A stretch of DNA of 62,968 bases, filler included, from Octopus bimaculoides (GCF_001194135.2; 9 parts of 8 records of this genome joined end to end with filler, not necessarily neighbours in it), one strand, 5' to 3'; positions 38,488 to 51,664 are shown, counted from the first letter of the whole stretch. A program made the numbers and translations. The notes: generated by a model not told the origin, from the letters alone.

Positions 38488-38624
38488 CAGTTTACTGTCA
38501 GGGAGTGAATTATTTAATTCTCACAGATATAGGGTAAAAATTGAAAATTAATTAATAATTAGTAATTTTACCAAGTAGTTCGGTGTGTTAAGAATTAAAT
38601 AATTCACTCCCTGACAGTAAACTG
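38488..38624. repeat. Perfect 34-bp inverted repeat with 69-bp spacer
   Basis: Arm 38488-38521 CAGTTTACTGTCAGGGAGTGAATTATTTAATTCT is the exact reverse complement of 38591-38624. Confidence 0.95.
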
Positions 38625-38638
38625 CACTTGACGTGAAA

Positions 38639-38684
38639 CACACGGAGCCGGGTTTCTGGGTATTTGACCCGTCATCAGCGTGTG
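38639..38684 (-). ncRNA. Type-I hammerhead-like motif
   Basis: CACACG CTGATGA C GGGT-CAAAT-ACCC A GAAAC CCGG CTC CGTGTG: 6-bp stem I, intact core, 4-bp stem II, palindromic CCGG in stem III, CUC triplet. Confidence 0.65.
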
Positions 38685-39339
38685 ACAATCACCGGTTGTC
38701 GATGTGAAGTGCTTCCCAATGCAAATATATATATCCAGAGAGTGTGTCAAAAGCCAGCTGGAAGAGATGTCTTCCTGAGGCTACAAGCTACAGTAGCATC
38801 CACCCTTAAGGGTTAGCCACATTTAAGTAGCAAATATACTTCACAATATATATATTATAATAAGCGCATTATAATGAGGCGCTTATATATAGTCGATTCT
38901 CTGTACAGGTTACATACGTAAAAGAACACTGGAAATACATATAGTAAGATTAGAAACTAGGAAAGGAATTTCCCATGGTACAACTCAGTATTTAGTCTAG
39001 CAGTAAAAACTAATGTAGCATTTGTAATTTTGACTTAGAAGAGTGGCACAATCAAGACAGAATTGGAAGGATATTGTGACCGGCGGTGTATAACAACATT
39101 GAAAGGTCTGGTTGACACTGTAGTATATATAAGTACAACTCTTTTATCTCTCATTTGTTTTAGTCATTAGAGTGCAGCCATTCTGGGGCACAGCTTTGAA
39201 TTTTTAGCTGAATGAATTGATTGCAGCATTTATTTACATTTTCAGCGGGGGCTTAATTTTAGAAAAATATTGCATAGGAACTGTTAAGGTTATCTATTCA
39301 GCCTGCAAACATTTTAGGTGTTATGTTAGAGGTGGGTAT

Positions 39340-40000
39340 TATGTCAGCGTTACTACGCTTCGTCGCTAGATCGACGTCAGAAATTCCTAGGTGCATGCTG
39401 GGTATATTTTAAAGGACTGATATGGAAAACGGAGCGTAACTAGAAGTTTTATTTAGCGCAACAGTCGTTTCGGCTGCCTTCTGCACCGCTCCCTAGTTGG
39501 TGGAGAACGATATAATGACATCAGATGCATCGCACAGTGCAGAGAGCATCATCAAGTACGTAACCGGCTTCAAAAGTTACAAAATCTACATACATACGCA
39601 TCAAATTCGAAATCAAACACCGAATTCTATTGTCGAAGAAGAGAGAACAGCTAGCTCACAAAGATCATTCTCGTGTAGAATTCGTGTGAACTGTCCCCTA
39701 GACGGTAACTGTCGATAGTGTACAGTGAAAAATAGAATTGAAACAGCGGTGGTCAAACTAGTACATATATTCGGGCAACGGAACTCACATTCAAACACCG
39801 TTATTGCAAGCTTAAGATATTCATTTGTTAGCCTCGACAGAAAATATACAACTGATTTGTCGAAGTTAATACGATTTGTATATGAGACATCTCACGAGTT
39901 CAAAATACCTTTGTCTGTCATAGGTAATGCACAACCTTACAGGAAGGGGAGCGTCAAATCAAAGAAATGTGCCTTGTATGCATGCAGCTAAGTATCGTTA
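39340..40000 (+). mobile_element. PLE GIY-YIG remnant (39600-40000) preceded by an inverted LTR-like segment with a long hammerhead motif (39459-39560, minus)
   Basis: SCRIRVNCPLDGNC; SLDRKYTTDLSKLI..FKIPLSVIGNAQPYRKGS..CALY; antisense TTGATGA..TCTGCAC(loop)GTGCAGA..AGCC GAAAC upstream. Confidence 0.7.
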
Positions 40001-40104
40001 ATGTAAATACTTGAATTTCGTTCTGGTTAAAAAAAAACCCATAGTTTTCGAAATGCATTATTACTAGGTTCTATTGTTATATGATTTAATATGCGTGAGT
40101 GCGA

Positions 40105-40260
40105 AGGCGGCAGTTTGGCAGAAATATTAGCACGTCGGGCAAAATGTTTTGCGGTATATCGTATGCTTTACGTTCTGAGTTCAAATTATGCCGGGATCGA
40201 TAAATTAAGTACCAGTTGCGTACAAGGATCGATCTTGTGACTAAAGTAGAAAAGAATATG
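40105..40260 (+). mobile_element. SINE family B, internally deleted
   Basis: Head, B-box and GATAAATTAAGTACCAG present. Confidence 0.8.
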
Positions 40261-40379
40261 TGTGAGTGCGTATCTATAAGTAAGTTTATGTATTTGATTG
40301 AGGAATAATTCATGAGCGTTATTTTTTTCAACGAAATAAGGCGCATTGGCAAAATGTTTTATTTACTTAAAAGAGAATT

Positions 40380-40640
40380 GTTTTCTCTACAAGATAGTGT
40401 GTTTTAATTTTTTTTAATTTGATTGATTTTTGTGTATTTTAAGATCATTAAAATGGAATGTCAAGTGAACAAAACTGAGCATTTTCAACACCATTTGCTT
40501 TTTGCATTTAAGCGAGGTATTAAGACCGCCGAAGCTACTCGTGAGATTTGTACTGTGTATAGAGAAGGAGCAATGCCTCAAAATGCCGCCTGCCGTTGGT
40601 TTTCGCGCTTCAAAAATGGGAATTTTGACCTCAAGGACAT
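40380..40640 (+). mobile_element. mariner 5' fragment (N-terminal HTH)
   Basis: MECQVNKTEHFQHHLLFAFKRGIKTAEATREICTVY..RWFSRFKNGNFDLKD from ATG 40453, truncated at a microsatellite. Confidence 0.88.
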
Positions 40641-41463
40641 ATATACACATGCGTGCGCACACATACATGCATGCGTGCACCCATAAATAATCAATTCAAA
40701 TAAATGAGTAAAAAATGAAAAATTTGAAAAAAAAACGCTCTGCCCAATATATAAGCATATGTATTTCTGCATATATGTATGTATATATATAAATATATAC
40801 ATAAATCTGTATATAGATATATATAGGGGGGGGGGTATGCGTGTACATATGTATATTTTTATGCCTTTGCACAAACTCATGCAAAACTGACACTTGACTA
40901 CACACTCACTGTTTGAAAAACATTAATTAAAATATTACTTTAAAGTATTATTTTGGAGCATTGCTTAAACAGCAACGGAATTTCATGTTTTTCATTGCAT
41001 GGAGTTTATGTTATTTATATTAATATTACCACGATAACCAGAAATGAGATCAAAGGCATGAGCTTGAAGCAGCCGTTTTTGCATGTATCGTTCACAAATG
41101 TTTTTTTTAAACGAAAGAACATAATTATATGCGTTTCCTTCAAGCTTTCATATATTAGAAAAAAATATATTCAGACAGTTGATATTCAAAAGACTACCAG
41201 GCTCGATTTAGCAGCTTATGATCGGAAACGAGCAGCTGGAAATCGGAGTCTTTCACATATAATCTATTAAAGGATACTCTCCATTTGAAAAAAAAACACT
41301 CTGCCCAATATATAAGCATATGTATTTCTGCATATATGTATGTATATATATAAATATATACTCTCCATTAAAGGATACTCTCCATTTATATTGAGCCCTG
41401 TAATTTATCATTTCCGGGGAACGAACAGATTAGTGTGTGTATGTGTGTGTGTGTGTGCGTGTA

Positions 41464-41499
<36 letters not shown>

Positions 41500-41599
41500 T
41501 AAATATATTTACACACCCACAACTACACAAAACACACACCACATATATGTATGTATGTATACATTTTTTTCCGGTTGGGGCTTAGTCATATGCTTATGT

Positions 41600-42000
41600 A
41601 GGTATGAGTGAATATTCTTGTCAATGAATTTGTGTTCGCCTCATTGGTTGCGCATATGTGTGAGAGGTGATGTGTGCCTGGAGGTTGACGGGAACACAGA
41701 TGTTTCGATATAGGGATTGTGAACAGAGCAGTGTTATTGTAATCTAGATAAATAATGCAACGAATACGAAGGAATCGCTAAGTCATAAAACAACGTATAT
41801 AATTTCAATTGACAATTGTAAAGGTATTTTCTCGTTTATGAATGTTAATTCTTCAAGGATGTGTATTTTGCTGTAAATCTTGAATATCACTCTTTCTGCC
41901 TCGACTGTATTCCGTGACAATAAAACTTTTAGTGTGTGTATCTGGTTGATCAGTTCTTTGAATGTGAATATGGGTTTTGTGGCAATTATGTATCACACAG
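41600..42000 (-). mobile_element. Possible PLE RT C-terminal remnant
   Basis: RFLRIRCII resembles the PLE thumb motif QFLRxRRICS; heavily decayed. Confidence 0.35.
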
Positions 42001-43855
42001 AATCTGAAGCATACATCAAACGGACCAGTGAAATGTGTGGAGCATCTGCTCTCTGACGCCGACAGTTATTTTGAAAGACAGAGCCACAATAATTCTTTTG
42101 CAGAGAGGGGAGTCCTCGCATAATTCAAGAGGGATGAGTGGCACAGTTTGGAGAGACCCGTTAAATATTCAGTAACATCTCCTTAGCTTACCGAATTCTG
42201 GAATGATGTATGAGCTGTACCCCACTTCTTATAGACTCTTGCAAGTAAAGTTTCACTCAGTCCGGCAAAAATTTCCGAACTCCTTTAGCATAAACTCCAA
42301 ACCAAGAATCTTCATTCCGACTAATTAAGTCTCTCATCACTTGCATTGAACCCTTCCAAATGATTTCAATTTGATTAGAAACTCACCCCATACGTCCACT
42401 GCAAAATATATTTCCAATCTGCACACTCCTAACCAACCGTTCCGCTCAATTACCTTCACCTGTAAGTGCCCTCTGAACTGCTTCCCAATTACTTTAATAA
42501 TTCCATATCTTTCCTTAATGCTGCTCTTTGTTTTTGGTATTCAGGACACTAAGCAGGCCTTAACCTTCCCAACGTTTTATTTGCTCGACTTCAACCTCAC
42601 AACGCTTATTTTGCATAGTCATGAAATTCCTAGATACAGTCACCCACGACGGATGCTTAGCAATATCATTACGCACAGCCTCATCGAACTTATACATTCT
42701 TCATCGGATTTGTTTATTTATAATTCATAATTCATAATTTACTTAGTTACTGTTGATTCTGTTTAATAACTTACTACAAATTAATTCACGTTTGGCTTCA
42801 CTAAGAACATTACTTTGGTAAATCTTCAGGTTTTGTTCACTTTCTTCAACACTGCTCCACTAAAAACACTATCTGACTCAATTAATGGGAACATGACTGT
42901 TTAGCGTAAAAACAGTTCTTTATTTTCTATCAGAGTTAAAACTGAAATTAGCTCAATGCATCATACTTCAATATTGTCTCGGTTACTTTAATGCACAATG
43001 TTGTTAAGAAAACAAACTTCTTTATACAGATATCATATTCAAAATTGGTCGTTGTTAGCTTTAAGCTTGTATTTACATCAAGAAAACATTACATATTGAC
43101 TAACTGCCAACTGCCAAGGATTTAAATATGTTATCAAAGTTATTCTCGTAAATCTTTCGCTTGTAGAAATCAATAATTTTCTCGTTAGATGTAGATAGAC
43201 AATTATGATCCAAATCGTTTATTTATTTCGGTAGTCTTAATTACTCCATTGTAAAGCTGAAATTAAATAATTGAATATATCAGTTTCATATTTTAACCTC
43301 GATGTGGTTATATTTGCAGAGTTGTCATATAATTTTGGAAACTGTTACAAAATTTATGTGATCGGAAACTTGTTTAAATATGTCGAAAGATGTTTAAAGA
43401 TTTTATATCTATATTTTGCATTGGCTTCTGAAAAGTATCAGTGTATTGGTATGCTGATGAGAGAATTTAAGAGCCAGCTTAACTGACAATGAAATACTTC
43501 CATGTGTGGCTATATATATATATATATAACAAAAAATCCCATAAAGCAGAAGTGTACTTCTGAGGCTTTGGAAGGAAAGTCCTTTTAAATGGTGCCGAGA
43601 ANNNNNNNNNNNNNNNNNNNNNNNNNNNNNNNNNNNNNNNNNNNNTTAATTAATTAANNNNNNNNNNNNNNNNNNNNNNNNNNNNNNNNNNNNNNNNNNN
43701 NTTGATCGGATCAACTGGAATCCTCGATGTCGTAAGCGACGGAGTGCCAACGAACAATGTCACTACGTATCATTATAAGAGAGCAGTAGCCTGCCAAGTT
43801 GATGGAAAGCTGAGCAGGGAAGAAGGACTGTAATTCATATTCAACAAAATATAAA

Positions 43856-44022
43856 GGCGGCGAGCTGGTAGAAAAGTTAGCACGCAGGGCGAAATGCTTA
43901 GCGGTATTTCGTCTGTCTTTACGTCTTGAGTTCAAATTCTGCCGAGGTCGACATTGCCTTTCGTGGTCGATAAATTAAGTACAAATTGCGTACTGGGGTC
44001 GATCTAAATGACTGGCCCCCTC
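43856..44022 (+). mobile_element. SINE family B, runs into gap
   Basis: GGCGGCGAGCTGGTAGAAAAGTTAG head, B-box and core. Confidence 0.88.
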
Positions 44023-45886
44023 TNNNNNNNNNNNNNNNNNNNNNNNNNNNNNNNNNNNNNNNNNNNNNNNNNNNNNNNNNNNNNNNNNNNNNNNNNNNNN
44101 NNNNNNNNNNNNNNNNNNNNNNNNNNNNNNNNNNNNNNNNNNNNNNNNNNNNNNNNNNNNNNNNNNNNNNNNNNNNNNNNNNNNNNNNNNNNNNNNNNNN
44201 NNNNNNNNNNNNNNNNNNNNNNNNNNNNNNNNNNNNNNNNNNNNNNNNNNNNNNNNNNNNNNNNNNNNNNNNNNNNNNNNNNNNNNNNNNNNNNNNNNNN
44301 NNNNNNNNNNNNNNNNNNNNNNNNNNNNNNNNNNNNNNNNNNNNNNNNNNNNNNNNNNNNNNNNNNNNNNNNNNNNNNNNNNNNNNNNNNNNNNNNNNNN
44401 NNNNNNNNNNNNNNNNNNNNNNNNNNNNNNNNNNNNNNNNNNNNNNNNNNNNNNNNNNNNNNNNNNNNNNNNNNNNNNNNNNNNNNNNNNNNNNNNNNNN
44501 NNNNNNNNNNNNNNNNNNNNNNNNNNNNNNNNNNNNNNNNNNNNNNNNNNNNNNNNNNNNNNNNNNNNNNNNNNNNNNNNNNNNNNNNNNNNNNNNNNNN
44601 NNNNNNNNNNNNNNNNNNNNNNNNNNNNNNNNNNNNNNNNNNNNNNNNNNNNNNNNNNNNNNNNNNNNNNNNNNNNNNNNNNNNNNNNNNNNNNNNNNNN
44701 NNNNNNNNNNNNNNNNNNNNNNNNNNNNNNNNNNNNNNNNNNNNNNNNNNNNNNNNNNNNNNNNNNNNNNNNNNNNNNNNNNNNNNNNNNNNNNNNNNNN
44801 NNNNNNNNNNNNNNNNNNNNNNNNNNNNNNNNNNNNNNNNNNNNNNNNNNNNNNNNNNNNNNNNNNNNNNNNNNNNNNNNNNNNNNNNNNNNNNNNNNNN
44901 NNNNNNNNNNNNNNNNNNNNNNNNNNNNNNNNNNNNNNNNNGTGCTACAAGCAGCAGAGATAATTCATGTATAACTCATGAGTGTTTTATAATCCAGCGG
45001 AAATGGATACCAATCTACTAATACTAATGAGTTACCATTTATTCAGCGGCTCTACTTGAACTGATTTCCGACCTCCCTCAAACGGGAATAAATATGAATG
45101 ATTATTTAGTGTAGCAAGAACAACAAATTATTGGTAATATTTGTACTAATACTGGAAAATGTTTTATGATGTTTACTTAAGCTCTTTTTCAATCTGCATT
45201 CAAGCCCTGTTGAAAATAACTTTGTCTTTTACATTTCTGTGATCAATAACATCAATAGCAAGCAAATACTGGGATCAGTATAACACCAATTTTCAATTTA
45301 TAAGACCTTGTCCCAAAGTTAGAAATCCGTATTTAGTGTGACAGATATTGTCAAAAATAAAAATTCAGTGAGTCAAAACAATAGATCAGAATACATTCGA
45401 TACCATTAGTATTTCATTTTGTCACAATGGAAAATCAGGCACATTGTCACATAACAGACATGACATAAAAGCGTAATAAGATCAAAAAGTGAATAATATT
45501 TACCTAATTGATTCGGGTTCGAAACCTGGAATCAGTTGATCATCGCTGTCTGAATACTTGCGTTTGAATACTATACCTTTTCCCGAAATTGAACCATTAA
45601 ATGATCCATTGCTAAGAAGAGAAAAATGTCTCATGTGATTACTTGTCATCTCACTTCGGCCCCTATCAATACATACTAATCACAGCCGCTCATAGAATGG
45701 TATTCATGTCCCACAAGCATAAGTATTCGTCTCCATCTTGGGTAAAAAGACGGAGACGAACACCAACGTGTATATATATATATATANNNNNNNNNNNNNN
45801 NNNNNNNNNNNNNNNNNNNNNNNNNNNNNNTTAATTAATTAANNNNNNNNNNNNNNNNNNNNNNNNNNNNNNNNNNNNNNNNNNNN

Positions 45887-45918
<32 letters not shown>

Positions 45919-45959
45919 CATATATACGACGGGCTTCTTTCAGTTTCTGTCAACCAAAT

Positions 45960-46506
45960 CCGTATGATACTGTGGGATTTTACAATCCAATGTGACTCCC
46001 TATTCGAGGCTCGGAGACAAGATATTCTTGTGGTAGATAAAGGAAAAAAAGAGGCCAAGATCATTGATATTGCAATACCTGGAGATGCACGTATAAGTGA
46101 CAAAAAACGGGAAAAGATTGAAAAGTGTATTCTACTAAAAGATGAAATTGTAAGAATGTGGACTGTTAGGAGAGAGTCTATAATTCCAGTAATTGTAGGG
46201 ACATTCGCAGCACTAACAACTAAGTTCGAGTAATATCTCAAAGAAATCGGAATTGACATGAGAGCAGAGCAACCAAAAAAAAAAAAAAAAAAAAGTAAAT
46301 AAATAAAAACTGTTCTGTTGTGGTCAACTCGGATTTTGAGATTAGTACTTGATGTTGAATGTCTACCACGGTAATCAGCAACGAAATATCAAAGGTTATG
46401 ATGTGCAAAAAGAGACCCTGTAAGACTTGCGACCGCGGGCTATTGTGCGCTCTCACAAAATCTAGGAGACCGAACAACATTGAACCTTCTGATAATAATA
46501 GCAATA

Positions 46507-46552
<46 letters not shown>

Positions 46553-46553
46553 G
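45960..46553 (+). mobile_element. RLE-endonuclease LINE 3' end with (ATG)n tail
   Basis: ILWDFTIQCDSLFEARRQDILVVDK..IIDIAIPGDARISDKKREKIEK..IPVIVG is the restriction-like endonuclease motif (RPD..DxxxP..KxxKY); 3' UTR then (AAT)(GAT)n. Confidence 0.88.
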
Positions 46554-47269
46554 TAAGGAAAGAGTTTGATATTCACTAAACGTCAAGTTAAGCATAACGC
46601 TTTTAGCCCTTCAGAATTTAAGAGAAGCTGAGTTAGAAGAGTGTCTTTGTGTAATTCATATTGACCATAATCTGGAATATGCAGATATAATATAGACAAT
46701 AATATTACAGCATTTTGTGCACATTTTACAGCAACCTCGGCTATTAAGGAGTGGTCATATTTCCTAACCGAATTAAAACAGAAATGTTATTTAAACGACA
46801 ATACATTTCTGAAAGAGTTACTGAAATTATCTAAACATAAATGTAGAGGTTGAAAACGGAAATAATTTCCTTAATAATAGGTATCTTGGAATACATAAAA
46901 AATATATATGACAAATATATAACTAAACGGCAAGTTTTATAGTTATACAAAATTTATTGACAATAATAGTATCAAAAATCATGATATAAAAGTAAATCAG
47001 AAAAACAAGACAAAATTCAGTACAAAGCAAACGAAGAGTTCTTGCTTAGGAAAGTAAAATCTCACAATGAATATATGTCTGATAAAAGAAAATATAATGA
47101 TTTGTGGTATTGGCTTTACGCCATTATGTTTAAGCAGATAGTGCATTTGATTACTTGGCTGGTATTTATATTTATCGTATCCGGATGAATGGACATAAAT
47201 GTCGACCTAGGCCGAAATGACATTGAAATATAAAGAGCTGGACCTAAAATAGTAATTGCAGCAACTACG

Positions 47270-47520
47270 ACGTCGATAATGGCTATGATGATAGAGACGA
47301 CGACGATAATGGTGATGGCGATGATGATGATGATGATGACGACGACGACGACGATGACTAGGATGAAAATTATAACCATGATCATGGAGATGATGATAAC
47401 GATGAATATGATGATGGCGATGTTGGTAAGTATGTTGAGGATGATGACGACGAAAACGAAGATGATGACGATGATGATGAGGATGATGAAAAGAATGATG
47501 AGAAGGTGGATGACGCAATT
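47270..47520. repeat. Degenerate (GAT)n/(GAC)n repeat
   Basis: Direct reading; source of the Met/Thr- and His-rich spurious ORFs. Confidence 0.9.
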
Positions 47521-47599
47521 CCATTCATACAGAAAGACCAATAGTGGAAAGCGCTCTAAACAATATCACGCTAGAGTCCATAGGCAAATACTCTCTCCA

Positions 47600-48100
47600 G
47601 TTGTCGTTCTCCGACTTAGAGTCTTTCAAATGCAAGCAGTCTTCACGGTTCTTGCTATTTTCGTAACTTTTCTACTCATTTCAGTAAGATCACTCGAGGG
47701 CAAAATTCTTTGTCCGCTCACCTTTTCACGTTAAAATTGAAGAAGTGGTCGAGGGAGCCATCAAAGACCAAAGCTTCTCTCTTTATATATTATATTCTCG
47801 TCCACCACTCTAGCTCTTTCACTCATGCCATTTAGGTGGAGACAACTTCCTTTCTTAGTTAATGGTGGCGCAAGGCTATCATCACCATGGAATCGATTTA
47901 TTTCCCGATCCGTCCAACACTCGACAGCAGCTGATCCATATAACTGCATCAATGTTTTATGCCGGGATACTGAACCAATGATGCATGACAGTTTCGTTAT
48001 ACAGGAGAAAGAACGTGGAGAATTTGGTCGGCCTGGCTTGGAGAAAACCGAATGCATAACAAACTTCAATTGAATTCCTAGCACATATTTGTTAAGCAAA
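47600..48100 (-). mobile_element. L1/Tx1-clade LINE 3' remnant
   Basis: HASLVQYPGI..YMDQLLSSVGRIG..VKELEWWTR; same C-terminal region as 4600-4900. Confidence 0.65.
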
Positions 48101-48549
48101 TATATAAAAAGAAACCCTGCCAAGTCTCTATTAAGTGTTCATATGTTCGTAAATCACATTGGTTGTATCCATTGCCGTGCCATATTTGTGTGAATATATT
48201 CTTCAATCATTTCTCTGCTGATCTCCCAATCAACAGTAAGTATGATGAAGGGATAATGTGGTGTTCTTTCTTGTTGTTGTAATTGTTGTTGCTCTCAATC
48301 TTGTGCTAAATATTGTTGTTTTTTACTGTCTTTCATTTGTGTGTTGGTAGCTGTGTCTCGCATTTTCAATTAAGTTGTTTTTGTTTCTGTTGTATTTGTG
48401 ATATTGATGTATAGTGTTGTTGGAATACATTCAAGAATTATCCAGTTCGTACTGATTTTGGCTATAGGCCGGCCTTGGTAATTGAGAAGCCAAGTGTATG
48501 CGGCAGTGTCTTAATAGTTGCTACTGACTACGATTACCGAGACATGCAT

Positions 48550-48960
48550 TACGTTTGTATGTAAGAGGCGCACAAGTAATTTTTCGATGAACACATTACA
48601 AATGTTTTTACCAACGCCTGAATTTCTACTCTTCTTGTCCATTTTGTAATATACAAGATGGTCCTCTTCTCTTATTCATCTTTATAATGGTAACTAACGA
48701 AAATCATATTTAATGCTTTGGCCAAATATATTTTATTTTCCCACTAGACCTTTCTCTCGGAATGAAGAAATTAGCATAAATACATAACCCTTCAAATGTG
48801 CAATAAATAAAGTTTGTATCACATTTTCAGAAACAAATTTCACATCTTGTGTTCCCAAATGCTTGTTCTAATGGACCAATATGCTTCTTAAGGTTTTCCC
48901 TCTTCTCCATACCATTGATTTGCAACGTGACTAGCTTTCGTGTTTATAAATATTCTTAAC
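48550..48960 (-). mobile_element. Possible APE-endonuclease remnant of a LINE
   Basis: LVTLQINGM resembles the APE start motif (xxTLNVNG); very decayed. Confidence 0.3.
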
Positions 48961-50759
48961 AGATGCACTAAGAATGCGTCTGTTGATATTATTTATCACT
49001 TCAACAGGTTGCAACAGGAAAGCGCTCTCTTAACTTATTCTTTGTTAATGGTAGTTGATGTGGCGTTGCTTTGAATGCGAGTGATAATGCTACACGTCGA
49101 TCCTGTGAAAATTGTTAATATAGCGGTGATGAAGGTTGTGGCGGAATTTTCTATTTCAATGTGTTTTTGATTTTCTTATTTGAGAAGAATATCACAAGCC
49201 TGGGAATACTTCGTAGAAAATACATAAAATTACATTTATCTTAATTCATTTAGTAACGCTGCTGCTGTCGGTGATGGTAGTTGTGGTCTCTTTAACACTT
49301 TCTTGGTGTTGCTGTTCTTGTCGCCGTCGACGTCATCGCGAACTTGTAAAAGATCGGTCTGTTTTATAGAGCGACGTTAGACGATTAATGCTCTTTAAAT
49401 TATGGAACAAGTAACTGGATACAGCAAACAATATGAGGACAAATATCAGTCAAATGTAAATGAGGTAACTAATGTAAGTAACTGGATGTTTCTCCTCCTC
49501 CTCCTCATTCTTCTCCATCCTTCCTTCCTCTCCTCCTCCAGCGTCCCATCCAGGTGAGGAATATATACGCAAAGAAAACCGGGAAACCAGCCCTTATGGG
49601 TCAGCATGACTCTTGAAGGAACCTTTAATTTAATCTTTCTTTACTGAAATATTTATCTGCTAACTTAATAAGCAAAATCAAATGTTTTAAAAGCAAATTT
49701 ATATACAGCGGGGATTAATCATTCAATGTAAACAGCTCTAAACACCAAAATACGTGTTCTTCCATGTAATAAGAATTCTTCTATTCAACAGTCCTTAATG
49801 ATATGTTTTTCTCTCTTGTATACAAAGCCAGACATTTTGAGGAGGTCTTAGTTAGGTTGCGAGTGATAAAATCCAGTATTTTATAAGTACATCATAGAAT
49901 CGAACCCGGAATGATGAAAGCCACAGTTGACATTGGTGTGATTTTTGCTCAGCGAAGATAAGGAACCAGGAGAAAAAAGTGGGCCATAATCGCCCGCCTA
50001 CTAAATGATTCCATCAATTTTCTGAAATAAGTGTTAAATATTTCTCTTAATAAGGCACAAGGCGTGGAATTTTGCGGAAAGTGTTTAGACAATTTAGTCA
50101 AGGCCATTATTTAAAAGGGCTTTTATTTTATCGACTTCGAAATGAGTAAAGGGAAAGTCTCTCATGGTAGAATACGAAATAAAAGCGTAAAGACTCGGAA
50201 AAAATAACATGAAACATTGCGCTAACGAGTTTGCTAAAACTTTAATAATGATATATATATATATTTTTTTAATTTAAACACAAGTTCAGAAACTTTGTGC
50301 GAAGTTAATCACATCAGCACCGGGGTGTGCACGTGCGTGAATGTACGCGCGTGTACGTGTGTGCACGTGTGTGCGTGTGTGAGTGTGAATGTCTATGTCT
50401 GTTTGTATGTATGTGTGCATCTGCGAGTGTGTACCTCTATGAGTGTGTGCACACATGTAGAAAGCGGTCATAGACAGTAACGTATCACATAGTAAAACAT
50501 TGATGAGATGTACGTTCATTGTGTTCGTGGAGGACAATAGTGATACTAATTGCGTTCAATGTAATGATGGACGTTAATGATGGCCTCCAAATATATATAT
50601 ATAACTGTATTAGCGTGTACATAGCTGACCATACGGAAATCTAAGTGCTGTACGTCTCGTAAAGTACAAGACAGATTGTTAACACAGTTGAAGAATATAT
50701 GCAAACACACACACACACACACATACACACACACATACACACACACAAACACACAGGCA

Positions 50760-51275
50760 CACCCACACCCACACCCACACACACACGCACACGCACATAC
50801 ACACACAGAAACACAAAAACACATACACACATATACTCTTTTATCTTTTACTCTTTTAATTGTTTTAGTCATTTGACTGCAGCCATGCTGGAGCACCACC
50901 CATTTCGTCCAGNNNNNNNNNNNNNNNNNNNNNNNNNNNNNNNNNNNNNNNNNNNNNNNNNNNNNNNNNNNNNNNNNNNNNNNNNNNNNNNNNNNNNNNN
51001 NNNNNNNNNNNNNNNNNNNNNNNNNNNNNNNNNNNNNNNNNNNNNNNNNNNNNNNNNNNNNNNNNNNNNNNNNNNNNNNNNNNNNNNNNNNNNNNNNNNN
51101 NNNNNNNNNNNNNNNNNNNNNNNNNNGTTTCTGTCTACCAAATCCACTCAAAAGGCTTTGGTCGACCCGAGGCTACAGTACAAGACACTTGCCCAAGGTG
51201 CCACGCAGAGTCACTGAACCCGGAACCATGTGGTTGGTAAGCAAGCTACTTACCGCACAGCCACTCCTGCGCCTA
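50760..51275 (-). mobile_element. SINE family A spanning a gap
   Basis: 3' end at 50830-50905 and head at 51127-51275, both on the minus strand. Confidence 0.85.
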
Positions 51276-51629
51276 TATATATGTGCACGCACGCTAGAAG
51301 GGGGAGGAAGCACAAAAACATATTTCCTAGGATTTTCTAGAGAGAGAATAGTAGGGAAATTATTACCAAGTACAAAACTATAACAGATTGATAAGGGTGT
51401 ACTTTTGGATAAGTGCACATTTCGTACAGTTAAGGAAAACACGGGGCAAGGCTGCTAGCGTGTGACAAAGAGTATTGCTGATGTGAAGTAAATTAAAGAA
51501 CCGAAATATATGGCATACCAAATGCTGTGATACAAAATACAACGTTGACTACCCAATGACTTCTAAGGTAGCAATCCGAATGCGCGAGTACGCATGCGTG
51601 TACGTATATGTATGTATGTACGTTAGTGT

Positions 51630-51664
<35 letters not shown>

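Noticed and set aside
47116-47734. Met/Thr-, His- and Ile-rich ORFs
   Set aside because: Produced by the (GAT/GAC)n repeat.
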